Assembly: GCA_964520555.1 (NCBI GenBank)
Contig: CAZFNN010000013.1
Location: 41,233-105,232 of the forward strand
DNA: 64,000 nt
Source of the DNA: an uncultured Ignavibacteria bacterium
GTDB taxonomy: Bacteria; Zixibacteria; MSB-5A5; CAIYYT01
Reading direction: 5' to 3'
Part shown: positions 27,623-36,716 of the stretch, piece by piece
Layout of the letters: the number at the start of each line of letters is the position of its first letter
Position numbering within the stretch: the first letter of the stretch is position 1
Program-made: the position numbers and the translations under genes
The notes under the pieces: generated by a model
The model's database searches: none
What the model was told of the DNA's origin: nothing
The model's input: only the letters and a program-made list of their open reading frames with translations

Positions 27623-29335
27623 ATGACCGCCGTCTTCCGCTCACGCTCTGTCACGCACGCCTTTGCACTGCTGATGTTATTCGGTCTCGCCGCCGGTCTG
27701 CTTCTCACCGCCGGCAATCTGCGCAGCCAATCCAAAATCCGCATCCCGCAAACCATGCTCGCTCAGGACTCCCTCAAAGTCTGGGTGCTCTTTACCGACA
27801 AGGGCGAAACCACCGCGACACCGTCGCGCAAGGCCGCGATCTCGTCTGCTGCGCTCCAGCGGCGTGCCCGGCGCGGCACGAACGCCGCCGCCGACGCTCT
27901 CGACCGCGAAGTTGACCGCGCTTACATCGACCAGATTCGCGCCCTGTCATTGCGCATCGTTCATCCGTCCCGCTGGCTCAATGCTGTCAGTGCCTACGTC
28001 ACCCCCGCGCAACTGGACGATCTTGCACAACTCGATTGCGTGTCCGAAATCCGCTCCGTCGCCCGCTTCACCCGACCGGTGGAACCGATATTGCCGTTGA
28101 GCGAAGCACTGCTCCGTCCGACAATTCCATATCCGGCTTTTTACGGCCCTTCCTACGCCCAGTTGAACCTGATTCAAGTCCCGCTCCTGCACGATCTCGG
28201 CTACACCGGCGAGGGTATCCGCATTCTCATCCTCGACACCGGCTTCAATACCCAACACCCGGCGTTTCTCGCGACCGATGTCGAGGCCACCTGGGATTTC
28301 ATCAACAATGATGAAGACGTTATCGACGCAGCCACTGCCGAGGACGGCCAGCAAGCGCACGGCACCGCCACATTGTCGCTGATCGGCGCCTCCGAGGAGA
28401 AGAAGGCGATCGGCGCAGCCTATGAAGCCACGTTTCTGTTGGCCAAGACTGAGGTCTATGGCAGCGAGACTTCCATCGAGGAGGACAACTGGGTGGCTGG
28501 CGTCGAATGGGGCGAGTCGCTCGGCGCCGATGTTGCTTCCAGTTCGCTGGGTTATATCGACTGGTACGAGTACGCCGACCTTGACGGCAACACCGCCCTC
28601 TGCACGCAGGCCGCCGATATCGCCGCCTCGCTCGGCGTGATCGTCGTCAATGCCATCGGCAATGGCCAGCGCCTCTCGACATTCCCGACCTTGATCGCGC
28701 CCTCTGATGGCGACAGCGTCATCGCCGTCGGCGCCGTCTCGAACGCCGGTGAGATTGCCTTCTTTTCCTCCAACGGTCCGACTGCCGACGGCCGCATCAA
28801 GCCCGACGTCTGCGCGCAAGGCACCAGCAATTACATCGCGAATTACAGCGGCGGTTACGGCCTGGGGCAAGGAACCTCCTATTCTACCCCGCTGGTTGCC
28901 GGCGCGGTCGCTCTTCTCCTGCAGGCACACCCCGAGTGGCAATTCGGCAACCTCTATCGCGCTCTGACTCTCACCGCCACGCGCGCCGCAGCCCCTGACA
29001 ATGTCTACGGCTATGGTATTGTCCGAGCACTCGAGGCGTTGAACTATGATGGCTCCGCCCCCAAATTCATCAAAGGCGTTACGGCCTATCCGAACCCCTT
29101 CGATGACTTCGTTGAATTCGACTTCGAGATCCCGCCGGCTGGCGCAGTCGAAATCCGCATTTACACGGTTGCCGGCGAGAAGATCGCAACTCTGACCCGC
29201 CCCGCCTCCGATCCGTTGCCGCTCAAATGGCAAGGCCGCAATGATTCCGGCGAGGAGGCCGCCCCCGGAATTTATATCGCTTACATTTCCGCCCCCGGCC
29301 TTTCCGAAACCCGGAAGATCTTCAAGACCCGCTGA
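27623..29335 (+). CDS. subtilisin-like S8 serine peptidase with T9SS C-terminal sorting domain
   Basis: 570 aa. Catalytic triad contexts ILDTGF (D), HGTATLS (H) and GTSYSTPLVAG (S). C-terminal tail YPNPFDDFVEFDF...GIYIAYISAPG. Confidence 0.9.
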   Translation: MTAVFRSRSVTHAFALLMLFGLAAGLLLTAGNLRSQSKIRIPQTMLAQDSLKVWVLFTDKGETTATPSRKAAISSAALQRRARRGTNAAADALDREVDRAYIDQIRALSLRIVHPSRWLNAVSAYVTPAQLDDLAQLDCVSEIRSVARFTRPVEPILPLSEALLRPTIPYPAFYGPSYAQLNLIQVPLLHDLGYTGEGIRILILDTGFNTQHPAFLATDVEATWDFINNDEDVIDAATAEDGQQAHGTATLSLIGASEEKKAIGAAYEATFLLAKTEVYGSETSIEEDNWVAGVEWGESLGADVASSSLGYIDWYEYADLDGNTALCTQAADIAASLGVIVVNAIGNGQRLSTFPTLIAPSDGDSVIAVGAVSNAGEIAFFSSNGPTADGRIKPDVCAQGTSNYIANYSGGYGLGQGTSYSTPLVAGAVALLLQAHPEWQFGNLYRALTLTATRAAAPDNVYGYGIVRALEALNYDGSAPKFIKGVTAYPNPFDDFVEFDFEIPPAGAVEIRIYTVAGEKIATLTRPASDPLPLKWQGRNDSGEEAAPGIYIAYISAPGLSETRKIFKTR

Positions 29336-29339
29336 TCCG

Positions 29340-29740
29340 TCGTCGAACCTTATCAATTCTGCTTGAGGTAACTCCGCTGTAGTTCCGACTTCAGTCGGAA
29401 CTTTCTCGACGCCGTCGGGAATCCCTTACTACACGCATTGAGGCAGGTCTTGATCCGCGCGCTACCACGATCGCCACAACCCTTCGCTCTCCGACGTGCG
29501 ATTGTGACCTGCCGCCCACTTGACCACCGACGGCCACGAATCTCTGACATCCTCGCTCTACCTGCCAATACGAGTTCCCCCTTAGCAAAGAGGTCTTCAT
29601 TCATGCTGGATTCCCGCCTCCGCGGGAATGACGCTTCCTCCCCTCACCTCCTGGGAGAGGGGCCGGGGGTGAGGGCTGCTTGCGCACCATCGACCGCGAC
29701 ATCCACCGCCTCCGCCAGCCCGATTCCCCCTTAGGTCGTG
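29340..29740. repeat. intergenic hairpin-repeat mosaic
   Basis: Elements present:
- GCTGTAGTTCCGACTTCAGTCGGAAC at 29376-29401
- ATTGAGGCAGGTCTTGATCCGCGCG near 29437
- ATTGTGACCTGCCGCC near 29500
- CCCCCTTAGCAAAGAGG near 29575
- composite GGATTCCCGCCTCCGCGGGAATGACGC + CCCCTCACCTCCTGGGAGAGGGGCCGGGGGTGAGGGC at 29608-29676. Confidence 0.9.
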
Positions 29741-29781
29741 GGTTCGCGCATCCCCCTTGTGAAATCCGTCACATTTTCGAT

Positions 29782-29810
29782 TTGACTTGATAAATCCACT
29801 CTTGTATCCT
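29782..29810 (+). promoter_or_regulatory. putative promoter of sucCD
   Basis: TTGACT (29782-29787), 17-nt spacer, TATCCT (29805-29810). A perfect 8-bp hairpin GGACGCGG/CCGCGTCC (29820-29841) lies in the predicted leader. Confidence 0.35.
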
Positions 29811-29871
29811 TCCCTCCGTGGACGCGGCCCGATCCGCGTCCTCGCATTTTACTGCTTTGTGAGGAGTCGAC

Positions 29872-31062
29872 ATGCGCCTTTACGAATATGAAGCGAAGGA
29901 ACTGTTCGCCAAGTTCAAGATCCCGATCAGCGCCGGCAAACTTGCCCAAACCCCCGCTGATACCTTCAAACTGGCCACCGAAGCCGGCTACCCCCGCGTC
30001 CTGAAATCGCAGGTTCTCACCGGCGGCCGCGGCAAGGCTGGCGGCATCAAGATCGTCAATTCCGAAGCGGAGGCGAAGGCCGCCGCCGAGACACTGTTCA
30101 AGCTGACCATCAAGGGCTTCCCGGTCACGCGTGTTCTCGTCGATGAGAAGCTAAATATCGCCCAGGAATACTACCTCGGCGTTACCATCGACCGCGCCAA
30201 CTACAAGCTGGTCATGATCGCCTGCGCCGAGGGCGGCGTCGACATCGAAGAGACCGCCGCCAAGTCGCCGGAGAAGATCCTCAAGGCCGCTTTCGGCATC
30301 GATGACGACTTCATGTCGTTCCATGCCATCAAGATCGGTCACTTCCTCGGCTTCCAGGGTGACCAGCTCAAGGCGTTCATCCCGATCGCGCGCGGCTTGT
30401 ACAGCTTCTTTGTCAAGTATGACGCCAAGCTCGCCGAAATCAACCCGCTCGTGCGCACCGCCGACGGCAAACTCATTGCCGCCGATGCCCGCGTTTCCCT
30501 CGATGACGACGCACTCTTCCGGCACAAGGATCTCCAGGACATGGGCATCGAGAAGCGCCACGAGGAAGGCGAAATGACCCCCCGCGAACAGCAGGCTCAA
30601 GCCTGGGAAATCCCTTATCTCGACCTCGACGGCGATATCGGCATGTTTCCCGGCGGTGCCGGCTTCGGCATCATGGGCAACGATTTCATCCAATACTACG
30701 GCGGCAAACCGGCCAACTTCATGGACTCCGGCGGCGGCCCGACACCCGAACGCCTCGCCAAGATGCTGATCCTGCTCGACGAAAATCCGCAGGTGAAGGC
30801 GATCTTCGGCGCCCGCTTCGGCGGGATCAGCCGCTGCGACGACTTCGCCAAGGGCGTGCTGATGTTCCTCAAGGACCACGGCCTTTCCAAACCGATGGTG
30901 ATGCGCTTCACCGGCAACATGTGGAAGGAAGGGATGCAAATCTTCGCCGACGCGAAGAAAGAGAACCCCACGCTCTTCGAGAATATCGAATACCACGGCA
31001 TCGAAACACCGATCGAGGAAATCGCCAAACGGGCCGTCGAACTCGCGCGGGAGGTGAAGTAA
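29872..31062 (+). CDS. sucC: succinate--CoA ligase beta subunit-like (ATP-grasp)
   Basis: 396 aa. N-terminus MRLYEYEAKELFAKFKIP, GGRGKAGGIKIV, ANFMDSGGG. The CoA-ligase half is divergent from canonical SucC (GDIGMFPGGAGFGIMGND). Sits directly upstream of sucD. Confidence 0.75.
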   Translation: MRLYEYEAKELFAKFKIPISAGKLAQTPADTFKLATEAGYPRVLKSQVLTGGRGKAGGIKIVNSEAEAKAAAETLFKLTIKGFPVTRVLVDEKLNIAQEYYLGVTIDRANYKLVMIACAEGGVDIEETAAKSPEKILKAAFGIDDDFMSFHAIKIGHFLGFQGDQLKAFIPIARGLYSFFVKYDAKLAEINPLVRTADGKLIAADARVSLDDDALFRHKDLQDMGIEKRHEEGEMTPREQQAQAWEIPYLDLDGDIGMFPGGAGFGIMGNDFIQYYGGKPANFMDSGGGPTPERLAKMLILLDENPQVKAIFGARFGGISRCDDFAKGVLMFLKDHGLSKPMVMRFTGNMWKEGMQIFADAKKENPTLFENIEYHGIETPIEEIAKRAVELAREVK

Positions 31063-31063
31063 C

Positions 31064-31930
31064 ATGGCAATCCTGGCTGACAAGAAATCGCGCGTGATCG
31101 TGCAGGGCATCACCGGCGGCGCTGGCTCGTTCCACTGCAAGCGCATGAAAGCCTACGGCACCAACATCGTCGCCGGCACCTCGCCCGGTAAGGGCGGCAG
31201 CACTGTCGAGGGCGTTCCCGTTTACGACACTGTCGAGGAATGCGTCAAGCAGCAGGGCGCGGACACTTCCGTGATCTTCCTGCCGGCGCAATTCGTCAAG
31301 GAGGCAGCGATCGAGGCGATCTACGCCGGCATCAAATTCATCGTCGTCGTGCCGGAGCATATCCCGATTCTCGACATGATGAAGGTGCGCAAAGAGGCCC
31401 TCAAATTCGGCGCGACCGTTCTCGGCGGCAACACCGCCGGCATCATCACGCCCGGACAGGCCAATCTCGGCATCATGCCCGATATCGCCTTCAAACCCGG
31501 CCGCGTCGGCACGGTGAGCCGTTCCGGCTCGCTCACTTATTACATCGCCGACACGCTCACCCGCGAAGGTTACGGCGAGACCACCTGCGTCGGTCTCGGC
31601 GGCGACCCCGTGCTCGGTTCGACCTTTGACGAAATCCTCTGGAAGTTCGAGCAGGACCCTGAGACCAAGGCGGTCGTCATGGCCGGTGAAATCGGCGGCG
31701 TTTACGAGGAACGCGCCAAGGACACGATCAGCAAGATGAAAAAGCCGGTGGTCGTCATGATCGGCGGCATCTTTGCGCCTCCCGGCAAGCGCATGGGCCA
31801 TGCCGGCGCGATTGTCGAAGGCAATATGGGCACCGCGGAATCAAAACTGAAGGTCCTGGAAAGCGCCGGCGCCCACCGCGCTAAAACCTTCCTCGATATT
31901 CCGCGCATCCTCAAGTCTCTGGCCGTATAG
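31064..31930 (+). CDS. sucD: succinate--CoA ligase alpha subunit
   Basis: 288 aa. Motifs VIVQGITGG and SRSGSLTY, with the phosphohistidine loop MGHAGAIV. Confidence 0.9.
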   Translation: MAILADKKSRVIVQGITGGAGSFHCKRMKAYGTNIVAGTSPGKGGSTVEGVPVYDTVEECVKQQGADTSVIFLPAQFVKEAAIEAIYAGIKFIVVVPEHIPILDMMKVRKEALKFGATVLGGNTAGIITPGQANLGIMPDIAFKPGRVGTVSRSGSLTYYIADTLTREGYGETTCVGLGGDPVLGSTFDEILWKFEQDPETKAVVMAGEIGGVYEERAKDTISKMKKPVVVMIGGIFAPPGKRMGHAGAIVEGNMGTAESKLKVLESAGAHRAKTFLDIPRILKSLAV

Positions 31931-31939
31931 AGCTCGCAG

Positions 31940-32060
31940 CCGAAGCCGTCATTCCCGCGCAAACGGGAATCCAGCTTCCCGCGCCGTCAGGAATCCTTTC
32001 CTGACGGCCTCGCTCTTTGTGGGTCAGGATCCCAGTGATCCTGACCCACAACCACCTTGC
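31940..32060. repeat. three hairpin repeats between convergent genes
   Basis: GTCATTCCCGCGCAAACGGGAAT at 31948-31970. CCGTCAGGAATCCTTTCCTGACGG at 31984-32007. Perfect 13-bp stem GTGGGTCAGGATC/GATCCTGACCCAC at 32019-32049. Confidence 0.9.
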
Positions 32061-32068
32061 CTCCCGTC

Positions 32069-32105
32069 CAAAATCAAGATGCCCCGTCCACAAGAACGGG
32101 GCATC
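32069..32105 (-). terminator. rho-independent terminator of the LVIVD-repeat gene
   Basis: On the minus strand, hairpin GATGCCCCG/CGGGGCATC (32078-32105) is followed by TTGATTTTG. Lies 28 nt after the stop. Confidence 0.55.
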
Positions 32106-32132
32106 TTCACGATTTCTACTTTACCGCCACGT

Positions 32133-34277
32133 CTACTGCTGACACGGCGCCGGTCCGCCCCCAAATACCCACATGATCAAATACACCGCGTCCGAAATCG
32201 TGACCAACCGATCGCAATTCACATCCGCCGATCGATAGGGCAATGGTTCCGGACCGTCACTGAAGATGAAGTTAATCATGAAGACCGCGTCCGAAACGCT
32301 GACCTCCCCGGTGTTATCGCAGTCCCCGTTCAGAATAACCGGCACCGGAGCCTCGAGCACATATAGGCTGCCGTTGGCGTAGAGGAACAAGTTGCCGCCC
32401 TCAAACTCGATCGCCTCACCGCGGTCACCGTAGAAGTTGGTTGACACTTCTTGCGGATACCACGGGCTGTAGAGATCCACGATTGACAGACTCCTCGCGC
32501 CGGTGAAGACATAGTCACCGTCGACCACACTGCCGTAGGCACGTCCGTCCTTAAGATACTCACTGCCGACCTTGGCCGGCGTCGCCGGCGAACTGATATC
32601 GATGACATCAAAATGACCGCCGCCCTCGATGAGGCAGAGGTAGTCCCCGGCGAGCGCGATGTCCTTGCCCTGCGCGCTGTAAGCGCTGACGTATTCACCA
32701 AGCTTGACCGGAGCCGACGGTACTGTGACATCGAGGAAGGAAACGGTACTGGTCTCCGCCCCGGTGAACCAGTGCACGAACAACGTCTGATCGCGCATCT
32801 GCATGCTGGTTGTATACTCCATCCCCGGCTCCGAGTACACCATCTCCGCCACAGGATGGAGCGGATCGCTGAGGTCAATGAACTGAACTCCAGCGCCGCC
32901 GGTAGAGTACGCGCGATCGCCGTCAATCAGGACATTCATCGACAAATATGGCTCGACGACTCGGCCTGTAAGAACCGGGTTTGCCGGATCGCTGATATCC
33001 AGCGCGTTGATGGCCTCGCCGTCGGCCACATAGGCAATGCCGTCCACCAGTTCGACACTCCACGCGCCATAGCCCGGTGGATACCACGAGGCCAACATCT
33101 GTGGATGCGCCCGGTCGGTGATATCCGCCAAAATCAGATGCCCACAGGCGATCGCCGCCAAATTGCCCCTGACATCGATATCGTGCGCCCACGAATAGGT
33201 GCCCTCGTAACTACCGATCAGCACCGGGGCCGCCGGATTCGTCGCACTGAATATGCTGATCTTGTTCAACAACTCGAAATACAACTGGTGTCCCACCGCC
33301 ATCGCGCCCCACGACTGGGTTGGCACCGACCCAACGCGCACCGGCTCAGCCGGATTGTTGAAGTCAATGACGTGAACGTATTCGTTCTGACCGCGCGTGC
33401 CATAGACATTCGCATCAATTACATCGATTTGTCCATACAAGGGCCCGTTGTAGGCGCCCAACCGAACCGGCGCCGCCGGCGCACTGATATCGAGGGCCAC
33501 GATTTCGTTGGTGTCATCGCCGGTGCGATCGACCACATAAAGCCGATCGCCTTCACCGGTCAGATACTTCGCGTCGACAAACTCCGTGTAGGTGGTCACG
33601 GTCGTCGGCGCGGTCGGAACCGAAAGGTCGACGACCCGTACATCCGCACCCTCGATTGTAAACAGTTTGTCTCCGCGCATCACGCCGCGCCAGCCGCTGG
33701 CCCGGTATTGCATCGCCACCGGCTGCGGCGCCGCCGGGTTGGAGATATCGACAATAGCGATATTGCCCGAATCAAGAATGACCAGATACTGGCCGTAGTT
33801 GATGAAGCAGTAGCCTAACGACTCCAGCAAGCACTCGCCGCTGATCACGGGCGCCGCTGGATTGCTGACGTCCACCGAGACCAGATACCGCTCGGTGCCC
33901 GTTCCCCGCCGAATCAAGTATACGTGCGTGCCGGAAACACCGATGCCATTACTGTAGATGCCGGCATCGAAGAACACCTGGGATACTACCACCGGCGCCA
34001 TTGGATCACTGGCATCAACAACGAAGAGCCCCCAAACCGCCAGGCAGTAGATGATATCGCCGTTGACCGCAAACGTCTCCACGTAGGGCAGTGCCAGATG
34101 GCCGACGATATTGACCGGATACCGTGGGTCAGTGGTAGCCGGCAAAAGCCGTTCTTCGCTCGCGGCTGACGGCCCCGGCGGTAGAGCCTCACCGGGAATC
34201 AGTACGGCCTGTAGTTGAACGACAAAAGTCAGGATCAGCAACGGCAGAAGTAAGCGTCTCATGATTGAACCTCCCAT
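32133..34277 (-). CDS. secreted LVIVD-type beta-propeller repeat protein with dockerin-like C-terminal module
   Basis: 714 aa with a signal peptide. Many repeats of the form YVADG..L.I.DISDPANPV (LVIVD repeat type). Last about 66 aa: GDCDNTGEVSVSDAVFMINFIF...DVNCDRLVTISDAVYLIMWVF. Confidence 0.75.
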   Translation of the reverse strand: MGGSIMRRLLLPLLILTFVVQLQAVLIPGEALPPGPSAASEERLLPATTDPRYPVNIVGHLALPYVETFAVNGDIIYCLAVWGLFVVDASDPMAPVVVSQVFFDAGIYSNGIGVSGTHVYLIRRGTGTERYLVSVDVSNPAAPVISGECLLESLGYCFINYGQYLVILDSGNIAIVDISNPAAPQPVAMQYRASGWRGVMRGDKLFTIEGADVRVVDLSVPTAPTTVTTYTEFVDAKYLTGEGDRLYVVDRTGDDTNEIVALDISAPAAPVRLGAYNGPLYGQIDVIDANVYGTRGQNEYVHVIDFNNPAEPVRVGSVPTQSWGAMAVGHQLYFELLNKISIFSATNPAAPVLIGSYEGTYSWAHDIDVRGNLAAIACGHLILADITDRAHPQMLASWYPPGYGAWSVELVDGIAYVADGEAINALDISDPANPVLTGRVVEPYLSMNVLIDGDRAYSTGGAGVQFIDLSDPLHPVAEMVYSEPGMEYTTSMQMRDQTLFVHWFTGAETSTVSFLDVTVPSAPVKLGEYVSAYSAQGKDIALAGDYLCLIEGGGHFDVIDISSPATPAKVGSEYLKDGRAYGSVVDGDYVFTGARSLSIVDLYSPWYPQEVSTNFYGDRGEAIEFEGGNLFLYANGSLYVLEAPVPVILNGDCDNTGEVSVSDAVFMINFIFSDGPEPLPYRSADVNCDRLVTISDAVYLIMWVFGGGPAPCQQ

Positions 34278-34605
34278 TTAACACTGATTTCCAAGCAATC
34301 TGTAACCGGCCACTCGGCTCTGTTGCCGCGCTCTGATGAGGTTCGAAGTCGAATAGCCGCCTCGGTGCCGCTATTTCGTTCCTTTGAGAACTATTTCAAG
34401 ATCGTTGAGTTACAGCACCATATTACGACGGTTCTTGATTTCCGTCAAGAATAATCTTGGCCCCGGGCTCATGCGCTTTCGTCCACCAGACTCTGATTCC
34501 TTTGCATCCGTACGGCTGATCGCTTATGTTGGCGTCGTTATCAGGCTCCCGCCGGAGGTAACATCACCCTCGGATCGGGACCAGACTTGTAACCAAGAAG
34601 GACCT

Positions 34606-35613
34606 ATGTCCGAAGTCTTAGCCTCCGTCTACCGCAATAAGTCAGTCGAGTCGGTCCATTATGGCTCGATTGTCGTCACTGACAATGCCGGCACCGTCCT
34701 CTACTACTGCGGCGACCCGGAACTGGTCACCTACACGCGTTCGTCGATGAAGGCCTTCCAGTTCCTCGCCGTCTACGAGACCGGCGCCACCAAACGCTTC
34801 GGCCACAACCTGCAGCAAATCGCCATCATGCTCGGCTCGCACAACGGCAGCGAATTGCATCAGAAGGTCGCCAAGTCGAACCTCGATTTGATCGGCCTCG
34901 ACGAATCGTACCTTAAATGCGGCACGCATCTGCCGATCGAATTGCGCAACCAGGGCGAAGTCCCGGTTGCCGGCGTCAAGTACTCGCCGCTTGCGCACAA
35001 CTGCTCCGGCAAACACTCCGGTCAATTGGCGCTCGCCGTCCACATTGACGACGACCCGCACAACTACATCGCTCCCGAATCGAAGACCCAAGTCATGGTG
35101 CGGCAGGCGATCAGTGAAGCCTACGATTATCCCGCCGACCAATTCGGTCGCGGCACCGACGGCTGTTCGCTGCCGAACTACGCCCTGCCGCTGCGCAACA
35201 TGGCCAAAGGCTACGCGAATCTCGTGACCCGAACTGCCGCGTCACCGTTGCGCCGCGAAGCTTATGGCGTCGTCATCGACGCCATGACCGAGCACGCCCT
35301 GATGGTCTCCGGCAATGGCCGCAGCGATCTGGCGATTACCGAAGCCGGCAAGGGGGATGTCATCCTCAAGATCGGCGGGGAAGCCGTCCAGGTGGTCGGC
35401 GTCATCTCCAAAGGTCTCGGCATCGCCATCAAGATCGCCGACGGCAACTCCCGCGCGCTGGCGCCGGTGATCTGCGAAGTCCTGCGCCAGTTGGGGGTCT
35501 TCGATGATGCCGCCCTCAAATCTCTCGGGAAGTTCGCGCGTACTCCCCTGTACAATGATCGCAAAATTCTCATCGGCGAAATTGTGCCGACGTTCAAATT
35601 GAAGAAAGGCTGA
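34606..35613 (+). CDS. asparaginase II family protein
   Basis: 335 aa from ATG 34606. Motifs SVESVHYGSIVV, TRSSMKAFQ and GSHNGSELHQ...LKCGTHLP, characteristic of the Asparaginase_II family. Confidence 0.8.
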   Translation: MSEVLASVYRNKSVESVHYGSIVVTDNAGTVLYYCGDPELVTYTRSSMKAFQFLAVYETGATKRFGHNLQQIAIMLGSHNGSELHQKVAKSNLDLIGLDESYLKCGTHLPIELRNQGEVPVAGVKYSPLAHNCSGKHSGQLALAVHIDDDPHNYIAPESKTQVMVRQAISEAYDYPADQFGRGTDGCSLPNYALPLRNMAKGYANLVTRTAASPLRREAYGVVIDAMTEHALMVSGNGRSDLAITEAGKGDVILKIGGEAVQVVGVISKGLGIAIKIADGNSRALAPVICEVLRQLGVFDDAALKSLGKFARTPLYNDRKILIGEIVPTFKLKKG

Positions 35614-35614
35614 T

Positions 35615-36154
35615 ATGAAGGATTTCCTGAAATCCAAATTCCCGGAACTTAATCAGATCAAAGACGCCAAGCTCCGTGAGGGCGTGCTCAACGTCATGGT
35701 CGAAGCCGTCGAGCTCAGCGGCTTCTCCCAAGCAGAACTCGATCAGGTGCCGTTTACGCTGCTGATCCCCGGCACGCCGATTTCGCTGATCACCCACACC
35801 CGCGCTGTGCTCGATACCGCCCTGCGCGCCGCCGATTCACTCGCGCAGTTCTTCGGCGATCGCATCCCGGTCAATCGCGACTATCTGATCGCCGGCGGCC
35901 TGCTGCACGATATCGGCAAGTTTGCCGAGTACAAGAACGACAACGGCAAATTCGGCAAGTCTGACTTCGGCAAACTGGTGCGCCATCCGTTCTCCGGCGC
36001 GGCACTCGCGATGAAACACGGCCTGCCGCCTGACGTCGTGCATCTGATCGCGACTCACGCCGGCGAAGGCGACAAAGGCTACCGCACGCCGATGTCGATC
36101 ATCCTGCACCATGCCGACTTCATCAACTTCGAAGCCCTCGGCGGCAAATTGTAA
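35615..36154 (+). CDS. HD-domain phosphohydrolase
   Basis: 179 aa, starting 1 nt after the preceding stop. Motif GGLLHDIGK, with a downstream H...D pair. Confidence 0.75.
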   Translation: MKDFLKSKFPELNQIKDAKLREGVLNVMVEAVELSGFSQAELDQVPFTLLIPGTPISLITHTRAVLDTALRAADSLAQFFGDRIPVNRDYLIAGGLLHDIGKFAEYKNDNGKFGKSDFGKLVRHPFSGAALAMKHGLPPDVVHLIATHAGEGDKGYRTPMSIILHHADFINFEALGGKL

Positions 36155-36159
36155 CGACT

Positions 36160-36700
36160 CACTCGCCTCCAAGTACACATCAATACACTTCTTCCCCTCT
36201 CCCCCTGGGAGAGGGGCAGGGGTGAGGGCCTTCTCGCACCTCACTCCCGGGAATTTCTACCACTTTGATCCGCGTGCTGCGACCTGCCGCCCACCTCTCG
36301 TGACAATCACTAACCTCACATAGTCCAATGGCACTCGCCAATGCGCATTCCCCCTTAGCAAAGGGGGTTAGGGGGTAGTATTCTCCGTTAACTCGTGCGT
36401 CTGCGCTTTCGGTGTTCGACACTTCGACAAGTCCTCTCGCCGCCGGTAGGTTAGACATTCCTGTCTGACACTCAATATTGCAGCCCCTCACCAACAGACA
36501 AGAATGTCCATCCTACCGCATTTCCTCAGCCTTCCTTATTCCCCTCCTCCGCGAGCAGGGCAGGGGTGAGGGCCGTTTCGCGCCACCCATTTTCCTCCCA
36601 ATTCGCATGACTTTCCACTCTATGATTGCTATATTGCCGAAACTATCCCTCCCCCTTGCAGCAAGGGGGCGAGTACTGCGTTATCCCGCGGCCGGCGGGA
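36160..36700. repeat. intergenic hairpin-repeat mosaic
   Basis: Elements present:
- CCCCTCTCCCCCTGGGAGAGGGGCAGGGGTGAGGGC at 36194-36229
- CCCCCTTAGCAAAGGGGGTTAGGGGGTAGTATTC at 36350-36383
- inverted repeat with 23-bp arms at 36445-36467 and 36495-36517
- degenerate G-rich unit at 36541-36573
- CCCCCTTGCAGCAAGGGGGC at 36648-36670. Confidence 0.9.
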
Positions 36701-36716
36701 TTCAACTTGGGAGCCG

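Noticed and set aside
27122-27644. ORFs of 156 and 162 aa on both strands across the spacer. Similar ORFs occur at 12252-12992, 13013-13465, 59590-60135, 38290-38964 and 36180-36494.
   Set aside because: They are made almost entirely of the intergenic hairpin repeats, giving translations such as PLPLGEGSGVRV. The same DNA units occur in many spacers in different frames, so they are not protein-coding.
29336-29871. Search for tRNA, tmRNA, RNase P, SRP or riboswitch-like structures in the long spacers. Also searched: 34278-34605, 36155-36716, 41808-42007 and 62103-62426.
   Set aside because: I could not recognise cloverleaf or known riboswitch cores by eye. Most of the sequence is explained by the hairpin repeat families. 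A covariance-model scan (Infernal/Rfam, tRNAscan) would be needed to exclude them.
34333-34380. CTGATGAG...CGAA string reminiscent of a hammerhead ribozyme core, upstream of the LVIVD gene.
   Set aside because: The intervening GTTCGAAGTC cannot form a stem II with a loop. The GAAA box is not present (the sequence reads GAAT), and I could not identify stems I and III or a cleavage triplet.
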